Below are positions 44,578 through 55,719 of a stretch of DNA of 64,000 nucleotides, one piece after another. The stretch comes from a virus: positions 1-64,000 of IMG/VR virus record IMGVR_UViG_3300045257_000207. One strand, 5' to 3'. Below the pieces are notes generated by a model, which saw only the letters and a program-made list of their open reading frames with translations, had not been told where the DNA came from and made no database searches. Position numbers and translations under genes: made by a program. Within the stretch, counting starts at the first letter, position 1. Every line of letters begins with the position of its first letter.

Positions 44578-47013
44578 ATGGTAAGTAAGTCACTGAATTT
44601 TAAGGATATTGTTGTAAAGAAACGCGATGGAACCACGGAACTTTTCAACGCGGATAAGATACACAAAATCCTTGAAAGGGCTTGTGACGATATAACCGGA
44701 GTTTCGATTTCTGATGTGGTCATGGCAGCACATTTGACCTTCTTCGATGGCATGACATCAAAAGAAATCCATGGTGCCGTTACCATGGCAGCAGCAGACC
44801 TCATTTCCGAAACGTCACCGAACTATCAGTTCGTTGCAGGACGGTTGCTCAACTTCGATTTGCGTAAGACAGCATGGGGTGGAATGAACCCCCCGAACCT
44901 CTATGACCACATCGTCAAGATGGTTTCTTTGGGTTTCTACACCGAAGAGCTTCTTACCATGTACGATAGCGCCATGTGGCACAAGATGAACGATATCATG
45001 GATCATGCACGCGATCTTAAGATGAGTCACATCGGTGTCATGGAATACGCTACTAAATACGCCATACGTGATCGCAGTGAGATAGACTTCACTCCACTGG
45101 AGACACCCCAACTTACCTATATGTTGATCGCAGCCATCATGTGCAGCGATACGAAGAACATCAAGGATATCAAGAGCTACTACAACGACATTTCCAGTTG
45201 GAACATCAGTCTTCCTACTCCCATCATGGCCGGTGTTCGAAGCAAAGTGAAGCAATTCAGTTCATGCGTATTGCTCGAATGTGGCGATGATCTGAATAGC
45301 ATAAGCGACAATTCTGCTGCCATTATCAAGTACGTGTCCAAGAAAGCGGGCATTGGAATCGGTGCATCCGCAATTCGTGCCGAAGGGTCAAAAGTAGCCG
45401 GTGGCGAAATAAAGCATACTGGCGTTATCCCGTTTTTCAGGCTCTTTGAGTCGTCCGTGAAGTCTTGCTCTCAAGGTGGTGTTCGCGGCGGATCAGCCAC
45501 GTTATACACCATGTTGTGGCATCTGGAAATGGAAGATATTCTCGTGTTACGCAACAATAAGGGCACACCAGACGCACGCGTTCGTAAGATCGATTATGCT
45601 ATTCAAATCAATAACTTCCTGTACAATCGGCTTGCCACAAATGGAAACATAACCCTATTCTCACCAAATGAGGTTCCGGGGTTGCTGGATGCCTTCTTTG
45701 CAGACCAAACCAAGTTCGCGGAATTGTATGTGCAGTACGAAAACGATCCAACAATTCGAAAGAAAACCGTACCTGCCCATGAATTGTTCAGCAAGTTGAT
45801 GATCGAACGGAAAGACACTGGCCGCATCTACATTTTCAATGTGGACAACGTCAATGACCATAGTTCCTTCCTCGAACCCATCAAGATGTCGAACTTGTGC
45901 TGTGAAATTACTTTACCTACGGTTGCATTAGGTAGCACCGAAACTCAACAAGAACTCCACCACCCACTCGGAGCGTTGGTACGATTAGAAGAACTGTCCA
46001 ATGATCCGGCAGTCCAAAATGTCAAAGTTGCCAAGATATCAGACGATTTCAATGACTGTATGCGATTGACTGTACAGCGTGATACATCACGAATTGCGTT
46101 ATGTACCCTTTCCGCGATCAACCTTGGCAACATTCGCGATCTATCTGACCTCGAAGGATGGATGTACAACGCTGTCAAGGCGCTGGACAACCTCCTCACC
46201 TATCAGGACTACCCTCTCGTGGCCTCCAGAGAGGCTACACTGGACTATCGTCCTCTGGGGATAGGTGTCATCAACCTCGCCTATTACCTCGCTAAGAACA
46301 ACGTCAAGTACGGTGATCCGGAAGCTAATCAGTTGATCCATGATACCTTTGAAGCGATTCAATTCTATGGTATCAAGGCATCAATCCGTTTAGCCAAGGA
46401 ACGCGGGCCGTGTCGTCTGTGGAAAAAAACCAAATATGGTCAGGGCATCTTGCCAATCGATCATTACAATAAGAATGTTGACCAACTCATTGCGCCAAAG
46501 TACAAACTGGATTGGGAATCGCTTCGTCCTGACTTGATCCAATACGGCATCCGCAATGCAACGATAACGGCATTGATGCCAGCCGAATCCAGCGCCAAGA
46601 TTAGCAACAGTACAAATGGCATGGAACCTGTGCGAGCGTTGATCACGGTAAAAGGCAACAAATCCAATATTTCAAAGCAAGTCGTTCCAGAAATAACGAA
46701 ACTCAAGAACAAGTACCACATGTTGTGGGACATGGATTCCATGAGCGGTGTCATCAAGACTATGGCCATCATCCAGAAATTCGTTGATCAGGCCCTGTCC
46801 TCAAACCTCTCATACAATCCGGCACATTGGCCAGAAGGTAAAATTTCATTGTCAGCGATGTTGAAAGACCTTCTGCTTTGCAACAAGTTCGGCCTCAAGA
46901 CTTTGTACTACCACAATACAAACGATCAACGCGACGTTTCAATGGTAGACGTTCAACGCGAAGTCGTAGAAGAGCCAGTTTTAGAGGAAAGTTGTGAAGC
47001 TTGTACGATATGA
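44578..47013 (+). CDS. nrdA: Ribonucleotide reductase class Ia alpha subunit with ATP cone
   Basis: VVKKRDG cone; PTPIMAG, QFSSC, SCSQGGVRGG, SNLCCE, IALC, LMPAESS, KTLYY and C-terminal CEACTI. Confidence 0.97.
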   Translation: MVSKSLNFKDIVVKKRDGTTELFNADKIHKILERACDDITGVSISDVVMAAHLTFFDGMTSKEIHGAVTMAAADLISETSPNYQFVAGRLLNFDLRKTAWGGMNPPNLYDHIVKMVSLGFYTEELLTMYDSAMWHKMNDIMDHARDLKMSHIGVMEYATKYAIRDRSEIDFTPLETPQLTYMLIAAIMCSDTKNIKDIKSYYNDISSWNISLPTPIMAGVRSKVKQFSSCVLLECGDDLNSISDNSAAIIKYVSKKAGIGIGASAIRAEGSKVAGGEIKHTGVIPFFRLFESSVKSCSQGGVRGGSATLYTMLWHLEMEDILVLRNNKGTPDARVRKIDYAIQINNFLYNRLATNGNITLFSPNEVPGLLDAFFADQTKFAELYVQYENDPTIRKKTVPAHELFSKLMIERKDTGRIYIFNVDNVNDHSSFLEPIKMSNLCCEITLPTVALGSTETQQELHHPLGALVRLEELSNDPAVQNVKVAKISDDFNDCMRLTVQRDTSRIALCTLSAINLGNIRDLSDLEGWMYNAVKALDNLLTYQDYPLVASREATLDYRPLGIGVINLAYYLAKNNVKYGDPEANQLIHDTFEAIQFYGIKASIRLAKERGPCRLWKKTKYGQGILPIDHYNKNVDQLIAPKYKLDWESLRPDLIQYGIRNATITALMPAESSAKISNSTNGMEPVRALITVKGNKSNISKQVVPEITKLKNKYHMLWDMDSMSGVIKTMAIIQKFVDQALSSNLSYNPAHWPEGKISLSAMLKDLLLCNKFGLKTLYYHNTNDQRDVSMVDVQREVVEEPVLEESCEACTI

Positions 47014-47074
47014 CATCGTGACAATCGAATGGTGTCATGGTAAGATGGATTCCAACTTTCCTTTGAGAAAATAA

Positions 47075-48199
47075 ATGATCAAGTCGTTCAACCGCATCAA
47101 AAATGAACCGATGAAAGAGTTCATGTTTTTCGGGAACCAGCCGAACGTATCGCGTTTCGATATACAGAAATTTGATATCTTCAAGAAGCTGTACGAGAAA
47201 CAACTTGGTTTCTTCTGGAAACCAGATGAAATTGATCTAAGCAAGGACAGCCGAGACTTCAAAGGTCTACCGGCCAACGAGCAGCATATCTTCATCAAGA
47301 ATTTACTTTTCCAAACTCTTCTAGATTCCGTCCAGTCGCGAGGCCCACAGCTAGCTCTGTTGCCACACGTTTCGCTGCCTGAGTTAGAAAGCATGATCGA
47401 ACTGTGGTCGATGATCGAATCGCTTCACAGTTTCAGCTATTCATGGATCATCCAGAACGTGTTCGCCAATCCGACAGGAATCCTAGACGGTATCATGGAA
47501 GACGTGAACATCATGAATCGAGCGGATTCAGTAACACAATACTACGACGATTTCATTGAATATTCGACGCTGTTCCGTGCGCTTGGAAAAGGCGAACACT
47601 CCGTTAACGGAGTTCCGGTTCAGTTGAGTCTTCGCGAGTTAAAGCGAAAAATGCTTCTTTGTGTGGCATCTATCAACGTGTTGGAAGGAGTACGCTTCTA
47701 CGTTTCTTTCGCTTGCTCGTTTGCATTCGCAGAACGTTCACTGATGGAAGGCAACGCCAAGATCATTACTTTGATTGCGAGAGACGAGAACCTTCATCTA
47801 GCTATCACTCAGAACATTCTACGAAAGTGGGCGAACGGCGAAGACGATCCTGAGATGCAAGAATTGTTCACTGAAGAAACGGATACCATTGTAAAGATGT
47901 ATACTGATTGTGTCGATCAAGAAACCGAATGGGCATCCTATTTGTTCAATGATGGCCCAATGCTTGGACTGACTGAAGACATCTTGAACGAATATGTCAA
48001 GCATATCGCTGGAAAGAGAATGCGAGCCATCGGCCTCAAACATACCTATCCAAGCAAGAATCCGTTGACATGGACTGAAAAGTATCTCAGTGGGTCAGGC
48101 ACCCAAGTCGCTCCACAGGAAGTTGAAATCACTTCCTATGTGATCGGTGGCGTCGATAATGATGTTCAAAGCGGCAATTTCTCCGACCTTACATTCTAA
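47075..48199 (+). CDS. nrdB: Ribonucleotide reductase class Ia beta subunit
   Basis: FFWKPDE, QTLLDSVQ, E.LHS.SY, LEGVRFYVSF, IARDENLH and VAPQE.EITSY motifs. Confidence 0.97.
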   Translation: MIKSFNRIKNEPMKEFMFFGNQPNVSRFDIQKFDIFKKLYEKQLGFFWKPDEIDLSKDSRDFKGLPANEQHIFIKNLLFQTLLDSVQSRGPQLALLPHVSLPELESMIELWSMIESLHSFSYSWIIQNVFANPTGILDGIMEDVNIMNRADSVTQYYDDFIEYSTLFRALGKGEHSVNGVPVQLSLRELKRKMLLCVASINVLEGVRFYVSFACSFAFAERSLMEGNAKIITLIARDENLHLAITQNILRKWANGEDDPEMQELFTEETDTIVKMYTDCVDQETEWASYLFNDGPMLGLTEDILNEYVKHIAGKRMRAIGLKHTYPSKNPLTWTEKYLSGSGTQVAPQEVEITSYVIGGVDNDVQSGNFSDLTF

Positions 48200-48208
48200 G
48201 GAACTACA

Positions 48209-48838
48209 ATGCGACACTTACCGAAATACCGTACTGTTCTTGAGACGCGTTCATTTTTGTCTCAACTTTATGCCGAATCGCACCGCAAATACCATACGAT
48301 GAATCATATCATGCAATGTATGGCGGCAAATGTTACATTCTTTGAAAACGAAAGGAGCTTAGGAACGCATTCTAATCGCAACGAGATGCTTGTCGGAGCG
48401 ATGGTATGGTTTCACGACTCCGTTTACAACCCATACGCCCCCTTCGGCTTTAATGAGCGTTGGAGTGCAGAACTATACAAAGATTACGCTGAACAATACT
48501 ATTCTCAGTTACCTGATGAAGATGTTCAAGAGGTCTACGATGGTATCATCGCTAGCAGTCTACATCATCGCGACCAGCCGAACTTGACCAAAGCGCAACA
48601 GGCTTTTCTTGATATTGACTTGGCCGAAATGGCATGCGACTACAGCACTTTCACTATCAATGGTCAAAACATTCGTGAAGAGTACGCACATGTTCCGTTT
48701 GAAACATTCCTTGAAAAACGTATTGAGTTCTTCAAGACGATGTTGAAGCGTAAGTCCTTGTATTACACAGACTTTTTCAAGGAAAAATGTCAAGAAAAGG
48801 CAGTTGCCAACATTACCAAGTATCTGTCTACTCTCTGA
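48209..48838 (+). CDS. HD-superfamily metal-dependent phosphohydrolase
   Basis: RKYHTMNHI, WFHDSVY, NERWSA, LDIDL and IREEY motifs. Confidence 0.85.
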   Translation: MRHLPKYRTVLETRSFLSQLYAESHRKYHTMNHIMQCMAANVTFFENERSLGTHSNRNEMLVGAMVWFHDSVYNPYAPFGFNERWSAELYKDYAEQYYSQLPDEDVQEVYDGIIASSLHHRDQPNLTKAQQAFLDIDLAEMACDYSTFTINGQNIREEYAHVPFETFLEKRIEFFKTMLKRKSLYYTDFFKEKCQEKAVANITKYLSTL

Positions 48839-49128
48839 TGTCAACGATCAATAACTCATTGGTCAAACTTCTTGTTCTTTGCCTCGAAGGTGCCATCATC
48901 AGTTACATATGGGATGGATTGCAACCGACCTTCCATTGGCCGGAAATAACGTTCGGACAAAGCGTCGGACTGTTGATCATCGCTAGAATCTTATGCCGTC
49001 CCCTTCTGAAGACCGAATCAGAGAAGACGCTGGAAAGGATAGAGAACCTGATTTTCTTCCAAATTCAGATGCAATCCGTAAGCATGTCAACAAAAACAAA
49101 AACTGACGAATCTGGAAAGCCAAAATAG
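48838..49128 (+). CDS. Small two-TM membrane protein
   Basis: ATG overlapping the upstream stop; two hydrophobic segments, W.....P.F..P.ITF.Q..GL pattern. Confidence 0.55.
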   Translation: MSTINNSLVKLLVLCLEGAIISYIWDGLQPTFHWPEITFGQSVGLLIIARILCRPLLKTESEKTLERIENLIFFQIQMQSVSMSTKTKTDESGKPK

Positions 49129-49173
49129 TTAAAGCGGTAGTAATAAATATCTCCATGTCCACGGAGATATTTG

Positions 49174-50100
49174 ATGTCAACTCACCAATTCGGCTATAAT
49201 TTCCACCCTAATGACCGGGTTTGGTCGTATGACTCTGCCAGTTCCTCCTTCAATGAAGGAACATGCTACCAAGTTTACATAAAAGTCTTTACGAAGGCTG
49301 ATCTTTCGATTGATTCGAAATTGATCTATCTCATCATGTTTGATGACAACCCAACGCCTCTTCGTTTAACAGAAGACAAATTGTATATATTGTCCTCTGG
49401 CGGGTTAGTACGCCCTCCGCTTGATCCGATTTATCAAGTCAGTTACGATTTCTATCCGAATGACGTGGTTTGGGTGATCAATCGTACAGAAACATCTGTT
49501 AAATATGGAATTGTTTATCAGGCCGATATTGAAATTTTCCTCAAGGCTGACCTGACCTCTGAAATAAAAACTTCCTATTTGATCAATTTTAGCGATGCAT
49601 TATTAGGCACACCGCGTCTTAGTAGTTCGGATATTTTTCTAACATCAACAGATGCATGGGCCGCACTCGGCATCGTAATCGGGCCACCTCCTACTCCGGT
49701 TCCTACTGGTACTCCTCTGCCAAGTACAGAGAGCATAACTGTTACAAAAACAAACTCTGATAATGTCATTCTATATAAAGGAACTCCGGTTTATATCAAA
49801 GCTAATGGGACAGTTGGGCGCTCCAATAGTGATGCAACTGCATTGGTTTTCTTGGGATTTGTAGCAGATGCGTTAATCCCGATCAACGGTTCCGGACTGA
49901 TAATGACAGAAGGCACTGTCGATACAACATGGGGGTCAATTATTGATGGCGGGGTATTACAAAGTGGATCGATTTATTATTTGTCTCACCTTGGAACGAT
50001 TTCAGCTACCGCTCCGGACACCGGTTTCTCTAAACAAGTGGGAATCGGCGTTTCATCCACTGAACTTAATATCACCTTAATGCCGACTTACGAACTATAA
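49174..50100 (+). CDS. Virion-associated protein with two tandem N-terminal repeats, a PT linker and a capsid-cement-like C-terminal domain
   Basis: YNFHPNDRVW.../YDFYPNDVVW... repeats; PPPTPVPTGTPLP; KGTPVY...GSIYYLS..G...QVGIGVS; AATAAATA at 49142-49149. Confidence 0.6.
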   Translation: MSTHQFGYNFHPNDRVWSYDSASSSFNEGTCYQVYIKVFTKADLSIDSKLIYLIMFDDNPTPLRLTEDKLYILSSGGLVRPPLDPIYQVSYDFYPNDVVWVINRTETSVKYGIVYQADIEIFLKADLTSEIKTSYLINFSDALLGTPRLSSSDIFLTSTDAWAALGIVIGPPPTPVPTGTPLPSTESITVTKTNSDNVILYKGTPVYIKANGTVGRSNSDATALVFLGFVADALIPINGSGLIMTEGTVDTTWGSIIDGGVLQSGSIYYLSHLGTISATAPDTGFSKQVGIGVSSTELNITLMPTYEL

Positions 50101-50111
50101 ATGAGTAAATA

Positions 50112-51395
50112 ATGGCAAACGTAAAACCATTTAAACTCGTAAGAGGCCAAGGCGTCCAATTTAAGACAGGGGACACAGTCGATCCCGTATTCGGTGGAAC
50201 TGGATTATCGTCTTATCATATAGGCGATATTCTCGCTGCATCGTCTACTACTGTATTGGCTCCCATTGTTGCAGTAACCGTAGGTAATGTGTTGCTGTCT
50301 AGTGGGGTATCAACCTTACCTGTGTGGGGAAAAGTAGATTTAACCATTCACGTTTCGGGTACATTACAAGCACCTAATGGCGGAACTGGTATTTCCACGT
50401 ATACAATCGGCAATTATCTAAATGCTGCCTCATCATCAACACTTCAGCAACGTACACCGGCCCAAGTTTTATCAGATATTGGTGCTGCCAGCGTTTCTCA
50501 TAATCATGATGGCAGCAACATAACAACTGGAACAATAGCTCCAGCAAGACTTGGTACTGGAACTCTATCAGCGTCCACCTTTCTTTCCGGAAATGGCACA
50601 TGGCAAGCCGTATCGGTTGTTTTAGGCTCCACCACGATAACAGTAGGGGCCGCACCAACTCTAGTAATCGCCGGATTGACTTCCGTTACGGCAACTAACT
50701 TTATAGGAAATTCCTCCTCATCAACCAACATAGCTGTAACAACAGATAACAGTTCCAACGTGACGTTCTATCCATTAATAGCTTCTGCTTCTAATGGAAC
50801 TTTACCAGTTTTTTCATCTTCAAATGGATTACAGTATAATCCTTCTACCGGTCGTTTGACTGCGACAGCAGGCCAGTTCGGAGCAGTTACACTAACTGGC
50901 GTTGCTCAAATCACAAATTCCACCGATTCGACCAATTTGTCAACAGGAGCATTACTAGTTTCCGGTGGAATGGCCGTAACAAAGGCAGTCAATATTGGTG
51001 GAAATTTAAGTGTTCAAGGTGATGTGGAACTCGGAAATGCGGTAGGTGGGTTTATCGAAATCGGTGTTATCGGTGGAATGACTACATTTCTTTCATCCAC
51101 CGCTTCTATGGCCACCAATCAAGTTCTAGCTACCGTTTCTGGGTTACTTTATCGATCTGCTGAATTCAGAATTCAAGCCGTTGATATAACTGACCAAATT
51201 TACCATACAGCAACGATACTCGTGGTACATAACGGAACTGTTTCAGATTTTGTGGAATTTGGAGACATTGCACTCGGAGGTCGCTGTGGAACTTTTTCTG
51301 TAGGTTATGCAGCAGATACTTTCACTTTAACGGTAAGCCCATCCTCATCAAACGTGATAGCGTATAAAATTGTAGCAATGTTAACGAAAGTATAA
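50112..51395 (+). CDS. Tail fibre / virion fibre protein
   Basis: GGTG repeats, G/S/T-rich; TGALLVSGG; C-terminal YRSAEFRIQ domain. Confidence 0.75.
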   Translation: MANVKPFKLVRGQGVQFKTGDTVDPVFGGTGLSSYHIGDILAASSTTVLAPIVAVTVGNVLLSSGVSTLPVWGKVDLTIHVSGTLQAPNGGTGISTYTIGNYLNAASSSTLQQRTPAQVLSDIGAASVSHNHDGSNITTGTIAPARLGTGTLSASTFLSGNGTWQAVSVVLGSTTITVGAAPTLVIAGLTSVTATNFIGNSSSSTNIAVTTDNSSNVTFYPLIASASNGTLPVFSSSNGLQYNPSTGRLTATAGQFGAVTLTGVAQITNSTDSTNLSTGALLVSGGMAVTKAVNIGGNLSVQGDVELGNAVGGFIEIGVIGGMTTFLSSTASMATNQVLATVSGLLYRSAEFRIQAVDITDQIYHTATILVVHNGTVSDFVEFGDIALGGRCGTFSVGYAADTFTLTVSPSSSNVIAYKIVAMLTKV

Positions 51396-51410
51396 AAAAC
51401 TGCCATCATT

Positions 51411-51418
51411 CATAAATA
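51411..51418 (+). promoter_or_regulatory. Late promoter CATAAATA
   Basis: Upstream of the fibre gene at 51457; the same box is at 55672-55679. Confidence 0.7.
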
Positions 51419-51456
51419 CATGAGCACGAACCAATGAATGATCAGGGAGCTTCAAA

Positions 51457-54400
51457 ATGGCTGTAAAAAGTTTTAATGCCCGAACTGGCATATCAGTCGG
51501 TACCACCCCATTTGAATTGGTCGATGTTAACGGTGCAATAGTATTACCGGCATCTACAACAACCAAAGCCGGATTGAACGTAGCTCCCGGTTCGGCTCCG
51601 ACTTCTCCTGTAAACGGTGACCTGTGGTCAACGACTACAGGCTTTTTTGGTCGGGTAAACGGTGCAACGGTAGGGCCATTCTTAGACTCAACAGGTTCTG
51701 TCACTGGTAGTGCAGCTAGCTTGTCAATTGCCGGTCAATCTGGCCTATTGACGGTAACCGGTTTACTCAGCACAAACCGAGTTAAAACTGTAAGAGACGC
51801 AGCAGATACGATCCTTGAACTAGGTGGTTCATATACCCCAACAGGTACGTGGACGAACATGCCTCTCACAACTCCGGCAATTACCGGATTGGCGACTGGT
51901 AGCGGCGTTGCATCAGCGGCAACTGCGTCCACCTTAGCAGCACGTGATGCCAGCGGTAGTTTAACCGCAGTAAACCACATTGAAGGTTGGACAACTACAG
52001 CTACTGCTGCCGGTACAACCACAATGGCAGTGGGCGACAATTATCAACAGTTTTGGACTGGTTCGTCTACTCAAACTGTCAAACTCCCAACAACAAGCGT
52101 TGTAGCTGGTCAGCAATGGATGATCACCAACAACAGCACTGGTCTGGTCACAGTTCAGTCGTCTGGTGCGAACACCATCTTGATCCTTGGTGCTGGTACG
52201 TCCGCCGTTTTCACTTCTCTTGTAGCGACTCCAACAACAGCAGCTAACTGGAACGCCCAATATAACGGAACCAACGTTCAAACTGGTAAAGTAGCTACGA
52301 TCAATGGAACGATCACCCTAACCGGTACTGATGCGCAGACTTATACATTCCCGACAACATCAGCTACTTTAGCAAGAACAGATGCCGCCAATACATTTAC
52401 TGGCGTGCAGACGATGACTTCGCCAAACTTTACGACTCCGGTTCTTGGTACACCGACTTCTGGTAACTTAACGAACTGTACGTTCCCAACGCTCAACCAG
52501 AACAGCACAGGTAGTGCAGCAAGTTTGTCTATTTCTGGACAATCTGGTCTATTGACAGTAACAGGTCTTACCAGCACCAACCGAATCAAAACTGTAAGAG
52601 ACGCGGCAGATACCATCCTTGAATTGGGCGGTTCTTACACGCCAACAGGTACATGGACGAACATGCCTCTCACGACTCCGGCAATTACCGGATTGGCGAC
52701 TGGTAGTGGTGTGGCCTCTGCGGCGACAGCATCAACTCTTGCCGCTCGCGATGCGAATGCTAGCTTAACCGCTGTAAACATGATCGAAGGTTGGACAACC
52801 ACTGCTACAGCAGCAGGTACAACGACAATGGCGGTTGGTGACAACGCCCAGCAATTTTGGACTGGTTCTTCTACTCAAACTGTCAAACTCCCTACAACAG
52901 GTGTAGTTGCTGGGCAGCAATGGGTAATTACTAACAACAGCACTGGTCTGGTCACAGTTCAGTCGTCTGGTGCGAACACAATCCTGACTTTAGGTTCTTT
53001 GACTTCTGCGGTCTTCACTGCCGTTGTAGCAACTCCTACCACTGCGGCTAACTGGAATGCCCAATATAATGGCGTGAATGTTCAAACCGGTAAGGTAGCG
53101 ACAATCAACGGTACAATTACGTTAACTGGTACTGACGCACAAACCTATACATTCCCGACTACGTCCGCAACGCTAGCTCGTACTGACGCTGCCAACACCT
53201 TTACTGGTGTGCAGACAATGACATCGCCAAACTTTACGACCCCAGTTTTGGGAACGCCAACGTCAGGTAACTTAACGAACTGTACGTTCCCAACGCTCAA
53301 CCAGAACAGCACAGGTAGTGCAGCAAGTTTGTCTATTTCTGGACAGAGCGGCTTATTGACTGTAACCGGTTTGCTTAGCACCAACCGAATCAAGACCGTA
53401 AGAGACGCGGCAGATACCATCCTTGAATTGGGCGGTTCTTACACGCCAACAGGTACATGGACTTCCTTGACGATGGTGACGCCAGTTCTTGGTACTCCGA
53501 CATCTGGTAACTTAACGAACTGTACGTTCCCAACGTTCAACCAAAACACGACTGGTAGTGCAGCAAGTTTGTCTGTCTCTGGCCAGTCTGGGCTTATTAC
53601 GCTAACAGGCATCACCAGCACCAACCGAATCAAAACTGTAAGAGACGCAGCAGATACATTACTTGAGCTAGGTGGTTCATATACCCCAACCGGTACGTGG
53701 ACGAATATGCAGTTGACGACTCCAACTGTTACCACCAACATCACGGTTCCACTTGTACAAGGTACTAGCGGTACAGGTGGCACTGTCACGATTCGCGGTG
53801 GTACAGACACAACAGGCACTGTTGCATTAAATGCTGCGACAGTGAACTCCAGCGTATCTTCTCTTGTATTGTTTGGCACTCCAACATCTGTAACAGCGTT
53901 CGGTGCTGCTACATCACTCGCGATGGGTGCCACAACAGGTACCACGACTGTCAACAACAGTTTGGTTATTACCGGTCAATTGATCGTCAAGGGTGGAAGC
54001 ACGATCACCTTGAACGAAGGTACGTTGAACATTGAAGATAAGATATTGTACTTGGGTGCAGTAGCTTCAACTTCAGGCTTGGTAGGTACATCCGCGAATG
54101 GTTCTGCTGTAGTTACAGCATTGACTTCTACCGCAGGAATCATACAAGGAATGGTTGTCACTACATCCGCTGGTTCCTTGACTCTTGCGGCTAACACGAC
54201 AGTTCTAAGTGTTGATAGTTTGACCCAGATCACATTGAGCAATAACTTTGGCGGTTCTGGTACTACTACAACGTTGACATTTAGCATCAGCGGTTCTTCT
54301 TCAAATGGTTCTGCCGTTGTAACAGCAATGACAACCACTGCCGGATTGATTCCGGGTATGGGCGTAACAGTTACATCCGGTTCGTTGACCTTGGCCGGTG

Positions 54401-55644
54401 GTACAGTTATCAGCAGCGTCGATAGCGCAACACAGATCACATTGAGCAATAACTTTGGCGGTTCTGGTACACCGACAGCCTTGGCATTTGGTGGCGCTAC
54501 AGATACGACGGCCAATGGTGGCGGGTTGACAATTCGCGGAACGTCCGATAAGACGATTCTATGGGATAGCACGAACAGTAACTTCACATCTTCTGAAAAT
54601 TGGAACTTGGTCACTGGTAAAGTATACAAGATCAACAACGTTTCAGTATTGAGTGCAACTACTCTTGGTTCTGCCGTTGTCGCTTCTTCGTTGACAAGTG
54701 TTGGCACATTAACATCGTTGACTACTTCTGGACAGATTACATCTACCCTTTCAACTGGTACGGCTCCATTCGTTGTTTCATCTACCACTTTGGTAGCGAA
54801 CTTGGCAGCACAGACAGCCGTTACTGCAACGAATATTGCTAGTGGTGCAATAGCACAATTAGTTTATCAGACCGGTGCGGGGGCTACTGGATTCATTTCT
54901 GCTGGCTCTACTTCACAGGTATTGGTAGGTTCTGCAACGACGCCTACATGGTCGAATACTCCAACGTTGACAGGTACTAACTTCACAGGCATTCCACTCG
55001 CTACTGCGGTTACCGGTAACCTTTCAGTCAACAATCTTAACTCTGGTACTTCTGCATCGTCCTCCACATTCTGGCGTGGTGACGGTACATGGGCAACTCC
55101 GGGCGGTGGTGGTACTGTTACATCTATTCCTGACGGTTCAACCAACGGCGTAACGTGGACAGTTGCAACTCGCACTTCGACACCTACCTTCACTTTCTCT
55201 CTTGGTGCAATTACCCCATCTTCAGTGGTCGCCTCCGGTTCGATAACCGCAGGTACAGGCGGATTGATTGCGGGTTCCGGAACAACAACTTCCGATGTTA
55301 TGACTTCTGGTGCAATGTATTTGCAGCGTGCTGGCGCTCTAACAACTTCCGCCGTTACATTGGTCAACTTGGATACGTGGGCAGCCGCTACTTATCGCAG
55401 TGCCAAGTATGTCATTCAAGTCATTGACACGGTATCCGGTAATATCTATATAAGTGAAGTCTTGGTAGCCAAGGATAACTCGAATACCGTTTACATTACT
55501 GAATACGGTGTTATTCAAAGTGCGTCCAGTTTGGTTACGTTCTCTGCCGACTATGACGGTTCAACCAACATTCGTCTGCGTATAACCCCAGCTTCCACGA
55601 ATAGCACTCAATTCAAGTTCCAAGCAGTGATATTTAATATCTAA
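51457..55644 (+). CDS. Long tail fibre protein with internal tandem duplications
   Basis: 1395 aa, T/G/S-rich; 268-aa unit duplicated; C-terminal YRSAKYVIQ domain. Confidence 0.85.
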   Translation: MAVKSFNARTGISVGTTPFELVDVNGAIVLPASTTTKAGLNVAPGSAPTSPVNGDLWSTTTGFFGRVNGATVGPFLDSTGSVTGSAASLSIAGQSGLLTVTGLLSTNRVKTVRDAADTILELGGSYTPTGTWTNMPLTTPAITGLATGSGVASAATASTLAARDASGSLTAVNHIEGWTTTATAAGTTTMAVGDNYQQFWTGSSTQTVKLPTTSVVAGQQWMITNNSTGLVTVQSSGANTILILGAGTSAVFTSLVATPTTAANWNAQYNGTNVQTGKVATINGTITLTGTDAQTYTFPTTSATLARTDAANTFTGVQTMTSPNFTTPVLGTPTSGNLTNCTFPTLNQNSTGSAASLSISGQSGLLTVTGLTSTNRIKTVRDAADTILELGGSYTPTGTWTNMPLTTPAITGLATGSGVASAATASTLAARDANASLTAVNMIEGWTTTATAAGTTTMAVGDNAQQFWTGSSTQTVKLPTTGVVAGQQWVITNNSTGLVTVQSSGANTILTLGSLTSAVFTAVVATPTTAANWNAQYNGVNVQTGKVATINGTITLTGTDAQTYTFPTTSATLARTDAANTFTGVQTMTSPNFTTPVLGTPTSGNLTNCTFPTLNQNSTGSAASLSISGQSGLLTVTGLLSTNRIKTVRDAADTILELGGSYTPTGTWTSLTMVTPVLGTPTSGNLTNCTFPTFNQNTTGSAASLSVSGQSGLITLTGITSTNRIKTVRDAADTLLELGGSYTPTGTWTNMQLTTPTVTTNITVPLVQGTSGTGGTVTIRGGTDTTGTVALNAATVNSSVSSLVLFGTPTSVTAFGAATSLAMGATTGTTTVNNSLVITGQLIVKGGSTITLNEGTLNIEDKILYLGAVASTSGLVGTSANGSAVVTALTSTAGIIQGMVVTTSAGSLTLAANTTVLSVDSLTQITLSNNFGGSGTTTTLTFSISGSSSNGSAVVTAMTTTAGLIPGMGVTVTSGSLTLAGGTVISSVDSATQITLSNNFGGSGTPTALAFGGATDTTANGGGLTIRGTSDKTILWDSTNSNFTSSENWNLVTGKVYKINNVSVLSATTLGSAVVASSLTSVGTLTSLTTSGQITSTLSTGTAPFVVSSTTLVANLAAQTAVTATNIASGAIAQLVYQTGAGATGFISAGSTSQVLVGSATTPTWSNTPTLTGTNFTGIPLATAVTGNLSVNNLNSGTSASSSTFWRGDGTWATPGGGGTVTSIPDGSTNGVTWTVATRTSTPTFTFSLGAITPSSVVASGSITAGTGGLIAGSGTTTSDVMTSGAMYLQRAGALTTSAVTLVNLDTWAAATYRSAKYVIQVIDTVSGNIYISEVLVAKDNSNTVYITEYGVIQSASSLVTFSADYDGSTNIRLRITPASTNSTQFKFQAVIFNI
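51703..53730 (+). repeat. Tandem coding repeats with 804-bp and 240-bp periods
   Basis: [39 protein letters not shown] starts at 51703, 52507, 53311 and 53551. Confidence 0.95.
54088..54470 (+). repeat. Two copies of a 69-aa (207-bp) module
   Basis: [17 protein letters not shown]...GSLTLA..T...[18 protein letters not shown]; identical CAGATCACATTGAGCAATAACTTTGGCGGTTCTGGTAC at 54226 and 54433. Confidence 0.9.
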
Positions 55645-55719
55645 TAGAGTTTTGCGCATTTATTGGTGGCGCATAAATACTACCATACAAAAATAGTCAT
55701 TTAATGGAGAGTGAAGTTA

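Noticed and set aside
19408-48199. Inteins or introns in the polymerase, TS, NrdA or NrdB
   Set aside because: Lengths are normal and motifs contiguous; the NrdA insert is too short and lacks splicing motifs.
51703-53730. Diversity-generating retroelement (TR/VR pair) in the fibre repeats
   Set aside because: Differences are mostly synonymous and not adenine-specific, both copies are in frame within one gene, and no reverse transcriptase is in the window.
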